A stretch of DNA of 64,000 bases from Vulcanimicrobiota bacterium (GCA_963723515.1 CAVRQT010000003.1:928001-992000), one strand, 5' to 3'. Counted from the first letter of the stretch, positions 8,842 to 19,134 are shown. Program-made: numbers and translations. Notes: generated by a model not told the origin, from the sequence alone.

Positions 8842-9353
8842 TACAGCGCTTCGTCTTTGGTTGAAAGGATCGGGTGGCGGCCATCGAGCGGCCACGCGAT
8901 TGCGACCTCCGGATCGCGCCAGCTCAGTCCCGCCTCGGAGCGCGGATTGTAGGGCGCACTCTGTTTATACACCACGATCGCCTCATCGCTCAGCGTTAAG
9001 AACCCGTGCGCAAAGCCCGGCGGGATAAAAACCTGCCGGTGATTCAGTGCGCTGAGCTCAACCCCGGTCCACCGCTTGAACGTTGCGGACTGCGGCCGAA
9101 CGTCAACCACGACGTCGAAGATGCGCCCGCGTACGACGTAAACCAGCTTTGCCATTCGGAGATCGTAATGCATTCCGCGCAAAACGTCTTTGCGCGAATA
9201 CGAAACGTTGTCTTGGATGAACGTCTCGTTGATGCCGAGGGCCACGTATTTCTCTTTTGAGAATGCTTCCTGAAAGTAGCCTCGTGGATCCTCAAAGACC
9301 TCGGGCTCAATGAGCTTGACTTCAGGAAAATCGGTCGAGAGCAGCTTCAGCAT
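8841..9353 (-). CDS. rfbC: dTDP-4-dehydrorhamnose 3,5-epimerase
   Basis: DPRGYF, QDNVSYS...VLRGMH, IPPGFAHGF. Confidence 0.95.
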   Translation of the reverse strand: MLKLLSTDFPEVKLIEPEVFEDPRGYFQEAFSKEKYVALGINETFIQDNVSYSRKDVLRGMHYDLRMAKLVYVVRGRIFDVVVDVRPQSATFKRWTGVELSALNHRQVFIPPGFAHGFLTLSDEAIVVYKQSAPYNPRSEAGLSWRDPEVAIAWPLDGRHPILSTKDEAL

Positions 9354-9371
9354 TCTACTGCGCGGTATCGC

Positions 9372-10490
9372 TCAAAATATTGCCAATTGCGCGTTGTGCG
9401 CCGCGTAGGCAAGCAGACCGCCGCGCAGATGCAGCAGACGGCGAAAGCCGGCGTCTTGCAGACGGCGGATTGCCCACTGAGATTGCTGGCCCAAGCGGCA
9501 TGCGACGACATAGGTCTGCGCCGTATCCAATTCATGCATGCGCGCCAGCAGCTGGGACGACGGGATGTGCAATGAGCCCTCAACGGTTCCCAGCACGGCC
9601 TCATGCGGTTCGCGAACGTCAAGCAATGTTGCCGCCGCAAGCGCTTCCTCTAAGCACTCGGGTTCAATCTCGGGAACGCCTGAATGCGGCGGCTCTTCGA
9701 GTTGAACGTCGCGAACCTCAGTGATGGAGCGCCGCGGGCCACAGATTGCACACGCGAGATCCCGCGTAAAGCGAACTTCGCGCGTTACGCCGCGCAACGC
9801 TTCGATTAAGAGCAACCGGCCCGAAAGCGGCTCGCCGATACGCAAGATCGCTTTCAGCGCTTCATTCCCTTGAAAGGCCCCCGCGATTCCGGCTAAGACG
9901 CCGAGGACGCCGCCCTCTGCACACGTCGGCACCGTCTCGAGCGGCGGCGGCAACGGAAAGAGACAACGGTAACAAGGACCACCATCAAGGTTGAAGACGG
10001 TCACCTGCGCATCGAAGCGGAAGAGGGATCCGTAAACGTCCGGCTTTCCCTCCAACACGCAGGCATCGTTGATGTGATAGCGTGACAGAAATCGATCCGT
10101 GCAATCCAGAACGACGTCGTAAGGCCGCACGAGATCGCGCGCATTGCTCGCATCGAGCCGGATCGGGTATGCGTCAACTGCGACCTGCGGGTTCATCGCC
10201 ATCAAGCGCTCTGCGGCAACTGCGACTTTCGGACGGCCGATGTCCGCGGTCGAGAAAAGCGTCTGCCGTTGCAGGTTCGTTTCATCCACAACGTCGTCGT
10301 CGACGATGCCGATGCGGCCAACTCCCGCGGCAGCCAGATACGAGAGCACGGGTGCGCCAAGACCACCGGCTCCAACGCACAATGCTCGCGCAGCGAGGAG
10401 CCGCTGCTGGCCTTCGAGCCCGACCTCCGGCATCAGCAGATGGCGGCTATACCGCCGATGCGTCAACGCGGGTGCAGCTCGTTCAACCAT
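9372..10490 (-). CDS. moeB: molybdopterin-synthase adenylyltransferase MoeB with rhodanese domain
   Basis: RYSRH, GAGGLG, NLQRQ, PCYRCLFP, CAEGGVLG; rhodanese LDVREP and CRLG. Confidence 0.92.
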   Translation of the reverse strand: MVERAAPALTHRRYSRHLLMPEVGLEGQQRLLAARALCVGAGGLGAPVLSYLAAAGVGRIGIVDDDVVDETNLQRQTLFSTADIGRPKVAVAAERLMAMNPQVAVDAYPIRLDASNARDLVRPYDVVLDCTDRFLSRYHINDACVLEGKPDVYGSLFRFDAQVTVFNLDGGPCYRCLFPLPPPLETVPTCAEGGVLGVLAGIAGAFQGNEALKAILRIGEPLSGRLLLIEALRGVTREVRFTRDLACAICGPRRSITEVRDVQLEEPPHSGVPEIEPECLEEALAAATLLDVREPHEAVLGTVEGSLHIPSSQLLARMHELDTAQTYVVACRLGQQSQWAIRRLQDAGFRRLLHLRGGLLAYAAHNAQLAIF

Positions 10491-11179
10491 TGTAAAACCG
10501 GCGCCCGCGATGCATCGGCCGCGGTCGTATGATCGCTTTGGACTGTGACAAATGTCTTCGGTTCCGGCGCACGAGTGAATAATTCGCGAACGCTGGCCTG
10601 ACTCACCATCATGTCGCGGTCGGCGGCCACGTAGAGCACGGGGCGGCCAGCTAACATCGGAAGTTCTCGCTCGAACGCCGCATCGAGTGCTGCGCTAAGC
10701 GCCGGTAAGGTCAAGCCGTCCACGTACGAATCCCGAAAATCTGTTGCGCCTAAGGAGCGCAGCGCAGCCAGCGCCGACGGGCGGCCGTAACCGGTCGCAA
10801 TAGAGATCGCTCCGCTGATCTCTGTATCGCGCGCCGCAGTGCGCAATGCCGTCATCGCACCCATGCTATGTCCGATCGTGTAAATCGCACCATCCGTTTC
10901 TTCTCGCGCGCGTGCCACGACCGATTGCATGCTTGCGACCAGATCTTCGTCCGAGTTCAAACGGCCGCCGCTAGCGCCCAGTTTATGTCCCGGAAAATCG
11001 AGACTATAGATGCGAAAGCCGTGGCCGGCCAAAAAACCGCACAGAAAATCCAAATTGTGTTTCGAGCTCGAATAGCCATGGCCGGCGACGAGCGCAACAT
11101 TGCGCGGACGTCGCGCCTCGTACACCAATACGGCGAGATTCGCGGCGCCCGAGGGAACGCGGAGCAGCTCAACCTTCAG
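10463..11179 (-). CDS. alpha/beta hydrolase (start inferred)
   Basis: HG motif, DFPGH, GHSMG nucleophile elbow, Asp and His near the C-terminus. Confidence 0.85.
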   Translation of the reverse strand: MKVELLRVPSGAANLAVLVYEARRPRNVALVAGHGYSSSKHNLDFLCGFLAGHGFRIYSLDFPGHKLGASGGRLNSDEDLVASMQSVVARAREETDGAIYTIGHSMGAMTALRTAARDTEISGAISIATGYGRPSALAALRSLGATDFRDSYVDGLTLPALSAALDAAFERELPMLAGRPVLYVAADRDMMVSQASVRELFTRAPEPKTFVTVQSDHTTAADASRAPVLQWLNELHPR

Positions 11180-11608
11180 GAGGTTGCCCCGCTTGCAACC
11201 GTATCGATCCAGTGCGCCGATCCATCAGCGTACCGCTCCTGCTTCCAAATTGCCGCTCGCCGTTTCAATTGCTCGATCGCATAAGCGCAGGCTTCAAATG
11301 CATCTGCGCGATGTTGGCATGCCACGGCGATGGCAACGCTCGCTTTGCCGGCCGGCACCCTTCCAAGACGGTGCTGCATTGCTACGGCACACGGTCCCCA
11401 CCGCGCCCGAACTTCATCGGCAATGCGCTGCATCTCGCAAAGAGCGAGCTCCTCATAAGCTTCATAGTTGAGCTCTTGTACTCGCCGGCCGGCGCCCGGC
11501 GTCCTCGCGAACGACGCCTTCAAAGAGCACGACGCCGCCGAAACGTTCGTCCCGCACTGCAGCGTTCACGGCACTGCTGTCGATCGCTGTCCGCGTCAGC
11601 TCGATCAT
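11176..11608 (-). CDS. moaE: molybdopterin synthase large subunit (frameshift near 11490)
   Basis: MIELT...GGVVLFEGVVR in one frame, LNYEAY, HRLG, HRADAF and IWKQE in the next. Confidence 0.9.
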
Positions 11609-11853
11609 CAGCCGCCGCTGCTTGGCGGCAAGACAGCCAGTTCGTCGCCGTCGCTCAACTTAGCGTTTGGATCGACGATTTCGCCATTGCGGGCAAAGCG
11701 CAATGCACCGCGCAACGACGAAAGCTGCGCGACGTCTTTGGCGACCGAATCCCAAACCGACTGGACCGTCGCGTCTTGTGCCACATCCAAGGGTTTCGGA
11801 TCGCCGTTGAGCAGCTCGCGAACTCGCGCAAAGGTCCTCAAGCGAACCTTCAT
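11608..11853 (-). CDS. moaD: molybdopterin synthase sulfur carrier
   Basis: FARVRE...DGDELAVLPPSSGG with C-terminal GG. Confidence 0.93.
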   Translation of the reverse strand: MKVRLRTFARVRELLNGDPKPLDVAQDATVQSVWDSVAKDVAQLSSLRGALRFARNGEIVDPNAKLSDGDELAVLPPSSGG

Positions 11854-12692
11854 GCCGTTCTCTGCTGCGTCCGCGCGCCACGGCGAAGCGCAAATCGCTC
11901 GATCGCGGTCGCGACACCATCTTCGTCGTGGTTTTCGGTCACATAGCGCACCGACTCACGGACTTCGCGCGCTGCGTTACCCATTGCGACTCCTACTGCG
12001 GCCCAACGTAGCATCGGCAGATCGTTACGGGAATCACCGATAGCCATGACACGCTCGCGCGGAATCTGAAAATCTGCGCAAAGCCGGGCGAGCGCTTCGC
12101 GCTTTCCCGCTTCGTGACTCGTGATCGCAACCTCAGGAAAAGAGCCTGTGCTGAGCAAGGTCGAAGCATCCCACTGTTCGTGACGGAAGTTTAACGGCCA
12201 ATCGCCGAACCGCCGCACGACTTCATCAACCGAAGGCTCTCCGAAGAATCGAATCAGCGTAGGCGCAACATGGAGCACATCAGAGAATGTCTTGACGCTC
12301 TGCCAACTTGAACCAACAACATCGTTGCGAAGCATCCGATCGCCCTCGAGCCAATAGAACGCCTCTTCGATGTAAACCGCGAGTGAGAGCTCATGGTGTT
12401 CGCCATACTCGACGATCGGTTTCGCATATTGCAGCGGCACCGGAATATGTCCGAGCGTGCGATTCGCTGTGAAATCCTTCGTGAGCGCGCCATGGCAGCA
12501 GATAATCGGGAGATTCAAGCCGAGGTCTTGCGAAAGACGAATCGGCGTGGCAACGCCGCGACCCGTTACCAGGACGATCCGAATTCCGGCGTTCAGCGCC
12601 GCACGGATCGCTTGACGGTTGCGTATGCTGATTTCGCCGCTCGAATCGAGCAGCGTCCCGTCGAGGTCGAGCGCGATCAAATCTATCGTCAA
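11850..12692 (-). CDS. Cof-type HAD-IIB hydrolase
   Basis: DLDGTLL, TGR, K and GDSRND motifs. Confidence 0.92.
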   Translation of the reverse strand: MTIDLIALDLDGTLLDSSGEISIRNRQAIRAALNAGIRIVLVTGRGVATPIRLSQDLGLNLPIICCHGALTKDFTANRTLGHIPVPLQYAKPIVEYGEHHELSLAVYIEEAFYWLEGDRMLRNDVVGSSWQSVKTFSDVLHVAPTLIRFFGEPSVDEVVRRFGDWPLNFRHEQWDASTLLSTGSFPEVAITSHEAGKREALARLCADFQIPRERVMAIGDSRNDLPMLRWAAVGVAMGNAAREVRESVRYVTENHDEDGVATAIERFALRRGARTQQRTA

Positions 12693-12755
12693 AATACAAT
12701 CTACAGGTCAGCTGCAAGTCGTGGGCGCAACATTTAGCAAGGGTCAGGCGTTGTC

Positions 12756-13169
12756 ATGCATATGAGATTCCTCCGAGCAACGCGCCGCGGCGCGTTCATC
12801 GGCCTGGTGTGGCTCGGCGCGCTCGCGCCCGCTGCGGCACAGCCGCAGAGCCACTGCACGCGCGAAACGCTGAACGTGACCGGCACACGGGTAACGGTCA
12901 GCTACTGCGTCCTCTCAGCCGCGAGGAGTCCCGATGGCCGCGAAACGATCGCCAACGTTCAAGAAACCTACAGCTCGGCGCGCGGTTCCTTCGGCCAAAC
13001 CGCGCCGCTCTCGTTCTTGACTGGTGACGACCCGTCGCGTGTCATCGAAGACGTCTCGCTGGCACGTTTAGGAATGACCGGGACGCTTCATCTAACGCTC
13101 ATCATGCGTGCGCAACGAGTGGTCGTTGAAGCCGCTATCCTAACCCCGGGCGCCATCGTCGTCAAATAG
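12756..13169 (+). CDS. hypothetical secreted protein
   Basis: Signal peptide, Cys pair, fills the gap between genes. Confidence 0.6.
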   Translation: MHMRFLRATRRGAFIGLVWLGALAPAAAQPQSHCTRETLNVTGTRVTVSYCVLSAARSPDGRETIANVQETYSSARGSFGQTAPLSFLTGDDPSRVIEDVSLARLGMTGTLHLTLIMRAQRVVVEAAILTPGAIVVK

Positions 13170-13302
13170 CGAACCAAACGCGCCACTTCAAGCCGGCGCT
13201 TGCAACTTCTGCCGCGGAGTGGGTATTGTAGAGCATGATGCGGCGGCGATACATCGCCTTTAACTCGTCGAAAATCCCCGAAGGCTGTCGATAGCGATAA
13301 CG

Positions 13303-14736
13303 ATGGGCTGTACGGCGTTTCAACCGAATCTCACGGCTCGAGAGCAAGCGCGTTTCCTTTACGAAACGATTCCCCCCGGTCTCTTCAAAGTCGAAGGCGA
13401 CGAACAGAAAGTACCGTGGCGCGTAGCTCCCGAGCCGTTCGCATTGTCACCCGCGACCTACGAAACGATCCTTCGGATCGGTGACGATCTGCTCGCGTTC
13501 TACAAAGCGCTCAATGCGCTCTACATCCGCAGTTCGCGCGGCACCGCCCCACCCTTCATCGCGGAGTATCTCGATCAGGGCAAACCCGAGCACATCGTCC
13601 GGCTCTCACGACAAAATCGCTTCAAAGCTGAATTGCCGGCGGTCATTCGGCCGGACTTGATTCTGACGGACGACGGCATGATTGCATCGGAGCTCGACAA
13701 CGTTCCGGGCGGGATGGGATTCGTTGGAGCGATGGCCGAGGCGTATTGCAAGCTCGGAATGGAAAGCGTCGGCGGATCGTACGGCGTCCCTGGGCGTTTC
13801 GCAGATATGATGAAGGCGTTGACCGGCAATGCGGCGCCTACCGTCGCCGTGGTCGTTTCCGAAGAATCGCGCGATTACCGTCCTGAGATGGGATGGCTTT
13901 GCGAAACGCTTCGGCGCGAAGAAATTCTCGAAGCGTACCTTTGCGCGCCGCAGGACGTCGTCTTCACCGAAGAGGCGCTCTTCATTCGGCTGCCGGAAGG
14001 CCGCGAGCAGAAGATCGATGCGCTCTATCGCAATTTCGAACTCTTCGATCTGCTTAACATCCCAAAACAAGAACTGATGTTATATGCGGCGCGCCATCAG
14101 CGCGTCCGCATGACCCCGCCGCCAAAAGCGCAACTTGAAGAGAAGCTGGCCTTCGCGCTGCTGCACCACCCGGCGCTGGCGAATCTTTGGAAGGCGGAAT
14201 TGGGAGCGCAGGTGCTGCAGCGGCTCAAGACGCTCTTTCCGCAGACGTGGGTCATCGATCCACGACCGCTTCCGCCGCAAGCCGTCATCGCAAATTTGAG
14301 CGTCATGGGCGAAGCGGTCAACGACTGGATGCAGTTGTTGAAGGCAGGGAAGAGCGACCGTGATTTTGTCGTCAAACCATCAGGTTTTTCGGAGCTTGCC
14401 TGGGGATCGCGGGGAGTACGCGTCGCCAACGACCTCACAAAAGACGAGTGGGCCGCAACCTTACACGAAGCGCTCGATCGGTACAACAAGACACCGCGGA
14501 TTCTGCAGCGCTTTCATAAGGGCAAACGCATCCGACAGGAGTACTTCGATCCGCAAACTGACGAACTTCGAACGTTCGACGGCCGTGTGCGGCTCTGTCC
14601 GTATTATTTTATCGTCAACGACCGCGTCGAGCTTGGGGCCATTCTTGCAACCGTCGCGCCAGCCGACAAACGGTTGATCCACGGCATGACCGACGCCGTC
14701 ATGGCGTCGTGTATCTTATCGGATTCGGGAAACTAG
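13303..14736 (+). CDS. ATP-grasp-type amide/peptide ligase (circularly permuted or GSP-synthase-like)
   Basis: IRPDL...SELDNVPGG, VVKP.G....GSRGV, ILQRF and RLCPYYF. Confidence 0.65.
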   Translation: MGCTAFQPNLTAREQARFLYETIPPGLFKVEGDEQKVPWRVAPEPFALSPATYETILRIGDDLLAFYKALNALYIRSSRGTAPPFIAEYLDQGKPEHIVRLSRQNRFKAELPAVIRPDLILTDDGMIASELDNVPGGMGFVGAMAEAYCKLGMESVGGSYGVPGRFADMMKALTGNAAPTVAVVVSEESRDYRPEMGWLCETLRREEILEAYLCAPQDVVFTEEALFIRLPEGREQKIDALYRNFELFDLLNIPKQELMLYAARHQRVRMTPPPKAQLEEKLAFALLHHPALANLWKAELGAQVLQRLKTLFPQTWVIDPRPLPPQAVIANLSVMGEAVNDWMQLLKAGKSDRDFVVKPSGFSELAWGSRGVRVANDLTKDEWAATLHEALDRYNKTPRILQRFHKGKRIRQEYFDPQTDELRTFDGRVRLCPYYFIVNDRVELGAILATVAPADKRLIHGMTDAVMASCILSDSGN

Positions 14737-14747
14737 CGCCTTAAGTC

Positions 14748-15398
14748 TTACCGTCTTCGGATAATCCGCAGGTTTTCGCCCGGGATGTCAACTTCGTCCA
14801 CAACGAACGTCGTTGGATCGTACCACTCCACGAACGGCACTTCGCCTTGGCAGGAGAGACTGACGTCCCCGGCCGGAACACCCGATGGCCGCTGCGAGAC
14901 GACGTCGCGCAACACGCTGACGAACGCACGCGAGCCGAGCCCAGGCACCAGCGCGGTCGCATCGGCGTCCTTCCACGCTTTCATCTGCGCCGGCAACATC
15001 AAGAAGCCCGACATTGTCGCGTTATCGAGGATGATGAAACTCTTACTGCTGCCGCCCATTTGAATCGTCCGCTGATCTGAACCAGCCGTTATCGTTGCAG
15101 AACGGCCGTCGAATGAAACGCTCGCCTGCATCGAGTCGTCTTGCTGCCGGTACGATGACGTGTAGCCCACGGGAACTAATGACGGATCCAACAGCATCGT
15201 AGAATTCGTTTTCGTGTCGGTCCCTTGCAGATGCGACGTGCTCGATTCCACGAGCTTCGTCCCGGGAGGCGCGGCGGTCACGGTGACGCTTGTGCTGCCG
15301 ACGGATTTGCGATCGATCAATGCTTCGTAACGATAAGTGCCCACCGGCGGCGCAACCGCCGCGCTGTCAATTGCCAGCGTAAGGATCAGCGGAAGCAT
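14748..15398 (-). CDS. hypothetical secreted beta-rich protein
   Basis: Signal peptide; co-oriented with phoU and the aminotransferase. Confidence 0.6.
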   Translation of the reverse strand: MLPLILTLAIDSAAVAPPVGTYRYEALIDRKSVGSTSVTVTAAPPGTKLVESSTSHLQGTDTKTNSTMLLDPSLVPVGYTSSYRQQDDSMQASVSFDGRSATITAGSDQRTIQMGGSSKSFIILDNATMSGFLMLPAQMKAWKDADATALVPGLGSRAFVSVLRDVVSQRPSGVPAGDVSLSCQGEVPFVEWYDPTTFVVDEVDIPGENLRIIRRR

Positions 15399-15402
15399 TT
15401 GA

Positions 15403-16551
15403 TCACGCCGTCGCTGCGACGGCCGGAACGAGGCCGCTCATCACCACCAACAGTTCGTCGATTTCATCCTCGGTATTGTATCCGTGCGGCGACACGCGGA
15501 TGCCGTTCGTGCGGTACGTCGTGATGATGTTCTCATTCTGCAGCGCGCGACCCAATTCGATCGGATCGCGCTGCGGCATGTTAAACGTCACGATGCCTGA
15601 CGACGTTTCGGGCCCGCGATAGCTCGCGATTTCCGCGCCGAGGCGCTGCAAGCCCTCGCACAGCCGGTCCGTAAGATGCAGCACATGCTTTGCAATTCGA
15701 TCTTTGGGCTCGGCTAAAACCTGAATGGACTTAGCCATTGAAAAAGCTCCAATGAAATTTGGCGTTCCTCCTTCGAATCGGGAAGCATCGTCCACCGGCG
15801 GTTGCTCGTAATTGAAAAAGTCCCAGAGATTGACTACGGAGCGCCATCCCGGCGCGGCCAACCGCAATTGATCGATCAGCTCTTTGCGCACGTAGAGAAA
15901 GCTGACGCCTTGTAGCGCCATCAGCCACTTCGCTCCGCCGGCATAGACTGCATCGACGCCGGTGCCTCGAACGTCGAGTGGAAAGGCTCCGAGCGACTGC
16001 ATCACGTCAACGCACAAAAGCGCGCCCACCTCATGTGCTGCTTCGGCCAGCGCGGCGAGATCGTGGCGGTAACCATCTGCGAAGCTCACCCAGCTTACGG
16101 CGACGACACGCGTGCGTTTCGAAAGGTGCGCTCGTAGAACATCGGGGGTTAGACGCTCCTTCGCCGTTTCGACGAACGTTACGTTGACGCCGAAATCACG
16201 ACATGCGAGCCACGGATAGGCATTTGACGGGAACTCGTTATCGCCGAGGATGATTTCATCACCGGCTCGCCACTGGATGCCGGCCGCGATCGCATTTGCA
16301 GCCTCAGCAGTATTGCGAAGAAAGGCAATCTCCGAGGCGCCGGCTCCGATGTAGCGCGCTACTTCCGCCCGGTATTCCGGCATTTGCAAATCGTATGGAT
16401 AGACCCCCACAATCCCCGCGTTTGCATGCTGCTCGATAAATTCGATGAGCGCATTGCGCGTCGGCACCGGCAGAATGCCGACGGCGGCATGGTTGAGGTA
16501 GTTGAAGTGTTCGGTTACCGGAAAGAGTTTTCGGTCGAGCGGCGTCTTCAA
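15403..16551 (-). CDS. class V PLP-dependent aminotransferase / C-S lyase
   Basis: YLNHAA, EFPSN, VDVMQ, GAKWL (PLP Lys), RFEGGT, RVSPH.YN; TTG start overlaps the phoU stop. Confidence 0.9.
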   Translation of the reverse strand: MKTPLDRKLFPVTEHFNYLNHAAVGILPVPTRNALIEFIEQHANAGIVGVYPYDLQMPEYRAEVARYIGAGASEIAFLRNTAEAANAIAAGIQWRAGDEIILGDNEFPSNAYPWLACRDFGVNVTFVETAKERLTPDVLRAHLSKRTRVVAVSWVSFADGYRHDLAALAEAAHEVGALLCVDVMQSLGAFPLDVRGTGVDAVYAGGAKWLMALQGVSFLYVRKELIDQLRLAAPGWRSVVNLWDFFNYEQPPVDDASRFEGGTPNFIGAFSMAKSIQVLAEPKDRIAKHVLHLTDRLCEGLQRLGAEIASYRGPETSSGIVTFNMPQRDPIELGRALQNENIITTYRTNGIRVSPHGYNTEDEIDELLVVMSGLVPAVAATA

Positions 16552-17180
16552 GCGCCGATCATGACCTTCGTGTGCCAAGCGATGTTTTGGGCGCGATCGC
16601 CGACGCGTTCAAGCCCGGCGAGCACAAAGAGCATCCGCGTGCCCGCGCGCACGAGCGCCGGGTCGGCCTGCATCTCCGCTCGAAGGGCTTTGATGCCGCG
16701 CTTGTAGAGTTTGTCGACTTCATCGTCGCTTTCGATCACGCGCTCGGCCAGCGTATCATCCTCGTCGGTATAGGCGCGCATTGCATCCACAAGCATTGCA
16801 TGGGCAGTATCGGCGATGCGATCGACCTCGACGCTCGCCGGACGGAGCGGCACGTCGGAGAGCTTGATCGCATTCTTGGCGATCTCGACGGCGTAATCGC
16901 CGATCCGCTCGAGGTCGGTCGCGATCTGCAGCATCGAGGTGATCGCGCGCAACTCTCCCGCCACGGGCTGCTGCTTCCAAATCAACTCGATGCACGCCGC
17001 TTCGATCTTCCGGCGAAGGTCGTCAACGGCATCATCGCCGGCAACAACGCGCGCGCCGACGGATGCATCGCGGCGTTCCAACGCCTCAACCGCCGTCTGT
17101 ATCGCGTCGGAAACGAGCGCGCCGAGTCGAACGACATCGAGGCGCGTCGCTTCAAGAGCTGAATGGTAAGCCGTTCGCAT
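16548..17180 (-). CDS. phoU: phosphate signalling protein PhoU
   Basis: QQPVAGELR, DLERIGDYA, DDEVD and LERVGDRA.NIA. Confidence 0.95.
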   Translation of the reverse strand: MRTAYHSALEATRLDVVRLGALVSDAIQTAVEALERRDASVGARVVAGDDAVDDLRRKIEAACIELIWKQQPVAGELRAITSMLQIATDLERIGDYAVEIAKNAIKLSDVPLRPASVEVDRIADTAHAMLVDAMRAYTDEDDTLAERVIESDDEVDKLYKRGIKALRAEMQADPALVRAGTRMLFVLAGLERVGDRAQNIAWHTKVMIGA

Positions 17181-17237
17181 GCGTTCAGTATAGCACGCCG
17201 AAAGGGAGCAGCAAGCCAACGGCAGTAAGGCGTTTTC

Positions 17238-18095
17238 ATGACTGAGATTCGCAAAGTCGGTGTATGCGGCGCCGGTTTGATGGGCAACGGCATTGCACAG
17301 ACCTGCGCCGTCGGCGGGTTCGACGTCAAGTTGATGGAGATCGCCGACGGGCCGTTGCAAAAAGGCATGGCGAGCATCGCGAAATCGCTTGAGAAGTTGG
17401 TCGAGCGGCAGAAACTCTCAGCGAGCGACCGCGATGCCGCATACGCGCGCATCACGACGACGACCGCATTAAACGACCTTAAGGATTGCGATCTGGTCAT
17501 CGAAGCGATCGTCGAGAACGTCCACGCGAAGACGAAACTCTTCAAGCAACTGGACGATCTCTTAGCGCCCCAAGCCATCATCTGCTCCAATACCTCGAGC
17601 CTTTGCATCATCGAAATCGCCGCTGCCACGACGCGGCCGGACCGGGTGGCTGGGTTGCACTTCTTCAACCCCGTGCCGATTATGAAGCTCGTCGAAATCG
17701 TCAGGACAATTGCAACGAGCGAGCAGACAGTTGACACGCTTTACGAGTTTGCACGCCGGCTCAGAAAGGAGCCGGTTCTCGCCAAAGATACGCCCGGCTT
17801 CATCGTTAATCGCCTGCTGGTGCCGTACTTACTGTATGCGATTCGGGTTTATGAGGACGGGCTTGCGACTCGTGAAGACATCGACAAAGGCATGAAGCTC
17901 GGTTGCGGCTATCCTATGGGTCCGCTGGAGTTGCTCGATTTCGTGGGCCTCGATACGACGTACTATATCGCGCAAATTATGTTCGATGAGTTCAAAGATC
18001 CGATGATGGCGCCGCCGACGCTTCTCAAGCGCATGGTTCTTGCGGGTCAATACGGTCGAAAGTCCGGGAAAGGGTTCTATGACTACGGCGCCTAG
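17238..18095 (+). CDS. hbd: 3-hydroxybutyryl-CoA dehydrogenase
   Basis: GAGLMG, EAIVE, SNTSS, GLHFFNP, PGFIVNR and PMGP. Confidence 0.93.
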   Translation: MTEIRKVGVCGAGLMGNGIAQTCAVGGFDVKLMEIADGPLQKGMASIAKSLEKLVERQKLSASDRDAAYARITTTTALNDLKDCDLVIEAIVENVHAKTKLFKQLDDLLAPQAIICSNTSSLCIIEIAAATTRPDRVAGLHFFNPVPIMKLVEIVRTIATSEQTVDTLYEFARRLRKEPVLAKDTPGFIVNRLLVPYLLYAIRVYEDGLATREDIDKGMKLGCGYPMGPLELLDFVGLDTTYYIAQIMFDEFKDPMMAPPTLLKRMVLAGQYGRKSGKGFYDYGA

Positions 18096-18888
18096 CGTTA
18101 CGGCGTTTGAGACGATCCTGCTCGATCGAAGTAGCGAGCACGTCGCAACCGTTACCCTAAACCGGCCGAAGGTGCTCAACGCGTTGAATGCGCAGCTGCT
18201 TGCGGAATTGCGTGCAGCGTTAGAGCAACTCGATAGTGACGAGCAGATTCGCGCGATCGTTATGACCGGCAGCGGAGATCGCGCCTTCGCCGCGGGCGCG
18301 GATATCGGCGAGCTGAACGCCATCGAAGATGCGCTCGAGGGCGCGCGCAAAGCGAAGATCGGGCAAGAAGTGACGCTCTTCATCGAGCGCATGCGAACGC
18401 CGGTGATCATGGCAGTCAATGGATTTGCGCTCGGTGGCGGATGCGAACTCGCAATGGCCGGCGACATTCGTATCGCAAGCGAAAGCGCGAAGTTCGGCCA
18501 GCCGGAAGTCAATCTCGGATTGATTCCCGGCTACGGAGGAACGCAGCGCACCACGCGGTTAGTCGGCAAAGGCTATGCGAAATTTCTTTGCTTGAGCGGC
18601 GATACGATCGACGCCCAAACAGCGCTTCAGGTGGGGCTCGTTGAACGCGTCGTTCGCCATGAGGATCTGATGGTCGCGGCGCTCAAGCTAGCGGAAACAA
18701 TCGCCTCGAAAGCACCGCTTGCGATTCAGGCGTGCAAAGCCGCGATCAACGAAGGCGCAAACATGTCGCTTTCTGAGGCACTGTCATTAGAAGCGCTGAC
18801 CTTCGGCACGCTGGTGACGACGGAAGATTTTCGCGAAGGCACGCGCGCGTTTCTCGAAAAGCGCCCTGCCAATTGGAAAAGCAAGTAG
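18079..18888 (+). CDS. crt: enoyl-CoA hydratase (crotonase)
   Basis: LNRPKVLNAL, AFAAGADI, GGGCEL and GQPEVNLG. Confidence 0.9.
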   Translation: MTTAPSVTAFETILLDRSSEHVATVTLNRPKVLNALNAQLLAELRAALEQLDSDEQIRAIVMTGSGDRAFAAGADIGELNAIEDALEGARKAKIGQEVTLFIERMRTPVIMAVNGFALGGGCELAMAGDIRIASESAKFGQPEVNLGLIPGYGGTQRTTRLVGKGYAKFLCLSGDTIDAQTALQVGLVERVVRHEDLMVAALKLAETIASKAPLAIQACKAAINEGANMSLSEALSLEALTFGTLVTTEDFREGTRAFLEKRPANWKSK

Positions 18889-18936
18889 CCGGCCCACTGT
18901 ATCGCGGTGAAATAGGAACGCGGTCACGCCTCACGG

Positions 18937-19110
18937 CACGCTGATCTTGTTACTCTGTCACGCTGATCTTGTTACTCTGTCACGCTGAGCTCGTCGAAGC
19001 GCCGCAGAAGACGTGCGGGGCAAGATGCTTGCTTACCACGCCAGTCGCGATGACGGTTGCCCTTCGACCCTTCGACGCCGCTCAGGGCAGGCTGAGCTCA
19101 GGGTGACAGG
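18937..19110. repeat. REP-like palindromic repeat pair, tandem left arm and nested right arm
   Basis: 22-bp unit CACGCTGATCTTGTTACTCTGT twice, then a full left arm; right arm 19060-19110 contains a 25-bp copy of itself. Confidence 0.9.
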
Positions 19111-19134
19111 CTACAGAAGCCCAGACACACTGCT

